DNA of 64,000 nucleotides from Gemmatimonadales bacterium (lineage in GTDB: Bacteria > Gemmatimonadota > Gemmatimonadetes > Gemmatimonadales > GWC2-71-9), in contig JBFJCP010000018.1 of the NCBI GenBank assembly GCA_041615815.1, forward strand, positions 31,350-95,349, read 5' to 3'. The position numbers were made by a program, and so were the translations under genes. Of this stretch, positions 58,850 through 64,000 are shown in pieces. Every line of letters starts with the position of its first letter. Positions within the stretch are counted from its first letter, which is position 1. A model generated the notes under the pieces. The model saw nothing but the letters and a program-made list of their open reading frames with translations, did not search any database and was not told the DNA's origin.

Positions 58850-59641
58850 CTATCGGGACCACACGCGGCGAAACGAGCTCGTCCCGAAGGGGAAGAAACC
58901 GGGCGGCGCGTCGCACGAGATCCCCGTGCCAGCGGTGATCACGATGACAGGGCCGTCCGGCGATCGGCCGATTCCCTGACCGCGTGTATCGACGATCGCT
59001 GTTCCGGCACCGACACCGATCCGCGTCCGGTCGTCCGCCTGATCGTCAGTCTCGGATTCTTCCCGCACGGTTGCTGTGACGCCTTCGATCTCGTGCTCAG
59101 CATCGTTGAACGCTACAGTCGTGAACTCGAGTTCTACCCTCCCATCGCTGGCGTCCACCTCGGCAATGGTTCCGCGGAAGACCGCGCCGGCCGGGATGAC
59201 CAAGTCGCCATCATTGCTGAACACCGGTGCCCGGATCGTGGCCGAAACGGGATCGCCGACGCCCTTGTCGGCTGTGTTGATCGTCTCGAGTAGGTTCAGG
59301 TTGAGGCGACGTCCCTTCGCCAGCGTTGGCGGTGCCGGTGGTTCGGCAAACGTCGCGGGCTCGGTGGGCCGCGCGCCTGCCTCCAGCTCGGGTTCCGCCA
59401 AGGGATCGGTCTCGGGCTCGGCGGGGAGCACTGCGACCGGGTCGGACTGAGCAACCGTCTCCCGATCGGACAGGCCAACGCGCGCCGGTTCCTCTTGAGG
59501 CCGATCGTTGAAGACTGCGGCCGTTTCGTCCACGGGAGCCAGCGTGAGGTCTCGGGCCTCGTCCGCCTTCTGTTGTGGACTGCTGCACGCGACGACGACG
59601 AAGACAGAGACGGCGGCTATGGCGCTGAGGCGTGTGATCAT
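58850..59641 (-). CDS. Hypothetical lipoprotein with a Pro/Glu-rich linker and a beta-rich domain
   Basis: Lipobox VVAC; RDLTLAP; GD.V.AT...PV...VIPAGA..RGTI. Confidence 0.75.
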   Translation of the reverse strand: MITRLSAIAAVSVFVVVACSSPQQKADEARDLTLAPVDETAAVFNDRPQEEPARVGLSDRETVAQSDPVAVLPAEPETDPLAEPELEAGARPTEPATFAEPPAPPTLAKGRRLNLNLLETINTADKGVGDPVSATIRAPVFSNDGDLVIPAGAVFRGTIAEVDASDGRVELEFTTVAFNDAEHEIEGVTATVREESETDDQADDRTRIGVGAGTAIVDTRGQGIGRSPDGPVIVITAGTGISCDAPPGFFPFGTSSFRRVWSR

Positions 59642-59826
59642 GTTGGTCCCGCTCCAGATGAGTCGGTGCTGCTCGGAGGCTGGGTGCCGATGTCGAGACG
59701 GCGGAGCGATTGGGGCGATCTTGGCAGATCCGCCCCGTTCCAGGTCAACCCTTCAAACTCTCTAAGGTTCCTCTCGCGCGGACGGTTGGCAAGACGCGGA
59801 ATGATCAGGTGTTTCCATCTTGAAAC

Positions 59827-60543
59827 ATGACTCACCGGTCCCGGCCCGATCTGGCCGTGCAAAGAGCCGTGCGAATGGGTGGTTCGATGGACTCGCTCAC
59901 GATGGTCACGTTCTTCGATCCCGAGGCCACCTATCACGGAGGTGAGGGGAAGGGACGCACGCCCAACTGGTACTACTACTGGTTACAGACAAGTGCCGGT
60001 CACGGTTTTACCATGGAACCGGCTCGTTTCGAACGCCCGTGCATGCCGGGGAAGTCTGACTCTCTCAAAGTCAGCCATTACGACGGTTATGAGGGTCCCG
60101 GGAAAGCCGATTACATTCTCATTTGCGATGATGCAAAGATAGACACGAGAACCCGGCTCTCAGTCGTTCGTTCGAGGGTATCGATCATTTCGCCACTACC
60201 CTCCTCCACGAATGGGAGCACAAGAAGTATTTCGACCGCTGGTGGCGGACGACGTACGACGAACTCTACGGGTGTTGGATAAACGGCACATGGGAATTTG
60301 TCACGTTTTATGATCGTATAAAACCGATCGATGGAGATTTAGACGGCATACCCCGATGGTGAAGAGCGAGCGCTTGGGTTCGATCCCGACGAACATGCCA
60401 CCCATCCACCTAAGTACTTGAGCGACGAAGATTACCTCGTGTACAAATCGGAAGAGCGCTGGAACGTGGGTTCGGCCAACCGCGAGGACTGGTCCAAATG
60501 CGGCAGGCAGTGGAAGGACAGGACGGTTTGTCCAGCGAAATGA
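59827..60543 (+). pseudogene. Frameshifted HEXXH zinc metalloprotease-like gene with a DxDxDG Ca-binding motif
   Basis: The first frame reads ...TPNWYYYW...DDAK. A -1 shift near 60132-60150 gives ...GIDHFATTLLHEWEH...DGDLDGIP. A +1 shift in CCCC (60351-60354) returns to the first frame: DGEERALGFDP...DWSKCGRQW...stop 60543. Confidence 0.65.
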
Positions 60544-60561
60544 CTTAGGTGGCTCACTCGG

Positions 60562-60602
60562 CACAAAGAAGGCCCGGCGGAAACCGCCGAGCCTTCTTTG
60601 TG
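60562..60602. terminator. Bidirectional intrinsic terminator
   Basis: CACAAAGAAGGCCCGGCGG-AAA-CCGCCGAGCCTTCTTTGTG lies between convergent genes. Confidence 0.75.
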
Positions 60603-60617
60603 TGCGCGGAGATTTGT

Positions 60618-62129
60618 CTATCCCGCCTTTTGCGTCGCGTCCTTTCTCAGGAGCGCGACGTTGATGCTGTTGAAATTGTTGGTGGCCACATCGCGGTACA
60701 GCTTTCGGGCCTCCTCGGTCTGGCCGGCGCCCTCGAGCGCCTGCGCCAGGGAGTACCTGATGTACATATTGTCCAGGTTGCCTTCTCGCAGGTGACCCGC
60801 TGCCGCCTCGTGATTCCCCTGGTACAGATCGATGAATCCCATGAGCTCGTGGAAGGGTTCCATCTTCCGGGGGTTCTTCTCGGGCTCCACGGTGGTCCGG
60901 TAGGTGCGGGCCAGCTGGCGCGCCCGATCGTAGTTGCCGCGTTTTGCCGCGAGCCAGGCATCCATATAGATGACGCCGGCTTCTTGCTGTCGCCGGAACT
61001 CGGCGGTCGCTACGGTCTCGGCCTGTTGCATCATGAGCCCGCGGCGTGTGTCGAGAAGCTGCCGCGCGCGATCGTAGTTCCCGATGTGGGTCGCAATGAT
61101 GGCTGCGTTGCTGAGCGCGCCGATCTTGAGCCCGGTGGGTTCCGGGATGTCCATCTGGTCGATCTCGCTGACCAGTTGGGTCAGCTCATCGATCGCCGCT
61201 CGCGGGTTGCCTTCATGTACGCTCACGAATGCGCGCCACTGGGCGAAGCTAGCGCGCTGATTGGCCTTGCCTCGGGCCATCGCGGAGTCATAGTCGGCGC
61301 GAGCAGCGGCATAATTTCCCAGGAATGAATTGACGTGCCCACGTTGCTGGAGTGGCGAGGCGTTGTCCGGGTCCAGCTCATGGGCTCGGGTATACTCGGC
61401 CTTCGACTCTTCCAGCTTGTTTTGCGCCCGGAAAGCGTCGCCCAGAAAGTCATGCATCTGCTGTTCGTTAGGGGCGATGTCGACCGCGTGGCGGAAGTGC
61501 GTCTCGGCCTGGGCGAAGTCGCGGGGCTCGAGAAACAGGAACGAGTTCCCCAGGGCCGTGTGCGCCGTCACCATCCGCGGGGCCAGCTCGACCGCTTTCA
61601 ACATGGACGCACGTGCTTCCGCATTGTGGTTGAGTGTGGACTGGACGTTGGCCAAGGTGAGCCACGCGCGGGGACTCGAGGGCTGCATCTCAGCGAGTTG
61701 CATTGCCAGCGTCAGCTGCTCCTCGGTGTCGTTGTCGAAGCCTTCACGGGCGATTTGAATCATCAAACGCTCGGCTTCAGTGGCGCTGGCAGCGTGCTGC
61801 TCAGCGAGCTCGAGGTTGGTGCGGAATTCGTCCAATGACGTGGCCGTGTTGGCCGCCCGCAGATACCCGAAGGCGAAGGTTGGATCCGCCTCGACGGCTT
61901 GCTGGAAGTGGGCCTTGGCTTCCCAAAACCGCCCCACGTCCAACGCTTGCTGCCCTTGCATGAAGTGGTTCCGGGCCGCATCGGACGCCGTCGTCACGGG
62001 CATCACCATCACGGTTGTGGAGACTGCATCCAATGCGGACTGCGCGGTACCCGCCTCCCCGCCACGGTCACACCCCAGCACGAGCAACGCCGTCATCGAG
62101 GGCAAGAGTAAGCAAGTGATCGTGCGCAT
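60618..62129 (-). CDS. Tetratricopeptide-repeat lipoprotein
   Basis: AGGAGGT RBS before ATG 62129; lipobox VLGC; repeated A...LG......G..EA...F..A..L.P helical motifs. Confidence 0.88.
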   Translation of the reverse strand: MRTITCLLLPSMTALLVLGCDRGGEAGTAQSALDAVSTTVMVMPVTTASDAARNHFMQGQQALDVGRFWEAKAHFQQAVEADPTFAFGYLRAANTATSLDEFRTNLELAEQHAASATEAERLMIQIAREGFDNDTEEQLTLAMQLAEMQPSSPRAWLTLANVQSTLNHNAEARASMLKAVELAPRMVTAHTALGNSFLFLEPRDFAQAETHFRHAVDIAPNEQQMHDFLGDAFRAQNKLEESKAEYTRAHELDPDNASPLQQRGHVNSFLGNYAAARADYDSAMARGKANQRASFAQWRAFVSVHEGNPRAAIDELTQLVSEIDQMDIPEPTGLKIGALSNAAIIATHIGNYDRARQLLDTRRGLMMQQAETVATAEFRRQQEAGVIYMDAWLAAKRGNYDRARQLARTYRTTVEPEKNPRKMEPFHELMGFIDLYQGNHEAAAGHLREGNLDNMYIRYSLAQALEGAGQTEEARKLYRDVATNNFNSINVALLRKDATQKAG

Positions 62130-62476
62130 AGCACCTCCTGAGTGGGTCATACTGTTGCAAAGGTGGGAGGGGGGAGTGGTTGTGTGTCGGTGGTGACCAG
62201 GCTGGAGTCGACAAGAGTCCATTGCGGCGCCGCCGCAAAGCAGGGCGCGGTCCTGGTCACGCTGACCAGTGGATCGTAGGCCCGGGTTGCCTGAGTAACC
62301 GACATGGTTGGATCCGAGCCCCAGGGCTCAGAATCCAGAAAGAGACCAGCCCAAGTTGGGTGCGGCTCACGACGGGGGCAAGGGTTGAAACCGGTGGCAT
62401 GACATTTTGAGCCACCGGGTGGTGTGCAGGGTGTTGCAGGCGGCGACGACAATGCCGCTGCCCACGCGGGTTTGCG

Positions 62477-63892
<1,416 letters not shown>

Positions 63893-64000
63893 TCCACCGT
63901 GCGGTCGTCGTTCTCAATCCTACACGCTTGGCACCGGTGACGGCAGAGGCTGTCGCATGTCGGCGAGCCGGGCTCCCCCTTTCGCTTATCCTCTCCTCTA

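Noticed and set aside
62232..62292. c-di-GMP-I riboswitch (GCAAAGC...GGGTTGCC resemblance)
   Set aside because: It lacks the upstream GGCAAA/GAAA-tetraloop stem and lies on the plus strand with no downstream co-oriented gene.

Overview
GC-rich, gene-dense chromosomal window. Its content (many signal-peptide-bearing peptidases and amidohydrolases, a choice-of-anchor-B protein, an ECF/anti-sigma/DUF4097 operon, stand-alone GspE paralogues) suggests a Gemmatimonadota-like bacterium; this taxonomy is inference. I found no rRNA, tRNA, CRISPR array or intact mobile element. About 45 CDSs are recognisable, mostly catabolic: pdxH, greA, fumC, a Rieske oxygenase, a P450, a quinohaemoprotein ADH, an ActP-like symporter, a TRAP/CoA-transferase cluster and many peptidases. 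The most unusual elements are: (1) a stand-alone GspE/PilB ATPase with a ~650-aa modular low-complexity tail (Tyr/Pro/Gln heptads, Asn-Gly-His repeats, ten [D/E]RR motifs), plus a second GspE paralogue preceded by a perfect CRP-type box; (2) a two-gene module of a porin and a lipid-anchored 12-haem cytochrome, preceded by 11-bp direct repeats; (3) a repeated ECF promoter motif, TTCAAACC-N16-CATCWCAWGAAC; (4) a catalytically degenerate M42 peptidase translationally coupled to an intact one; (5) a hidden HEXXH metalloprotease gene broken by two compensating frameshifts; (6) an exported arginase-fold protein lacking arginase catalytic residues. All family assignments come from motif recognition, not database searches.
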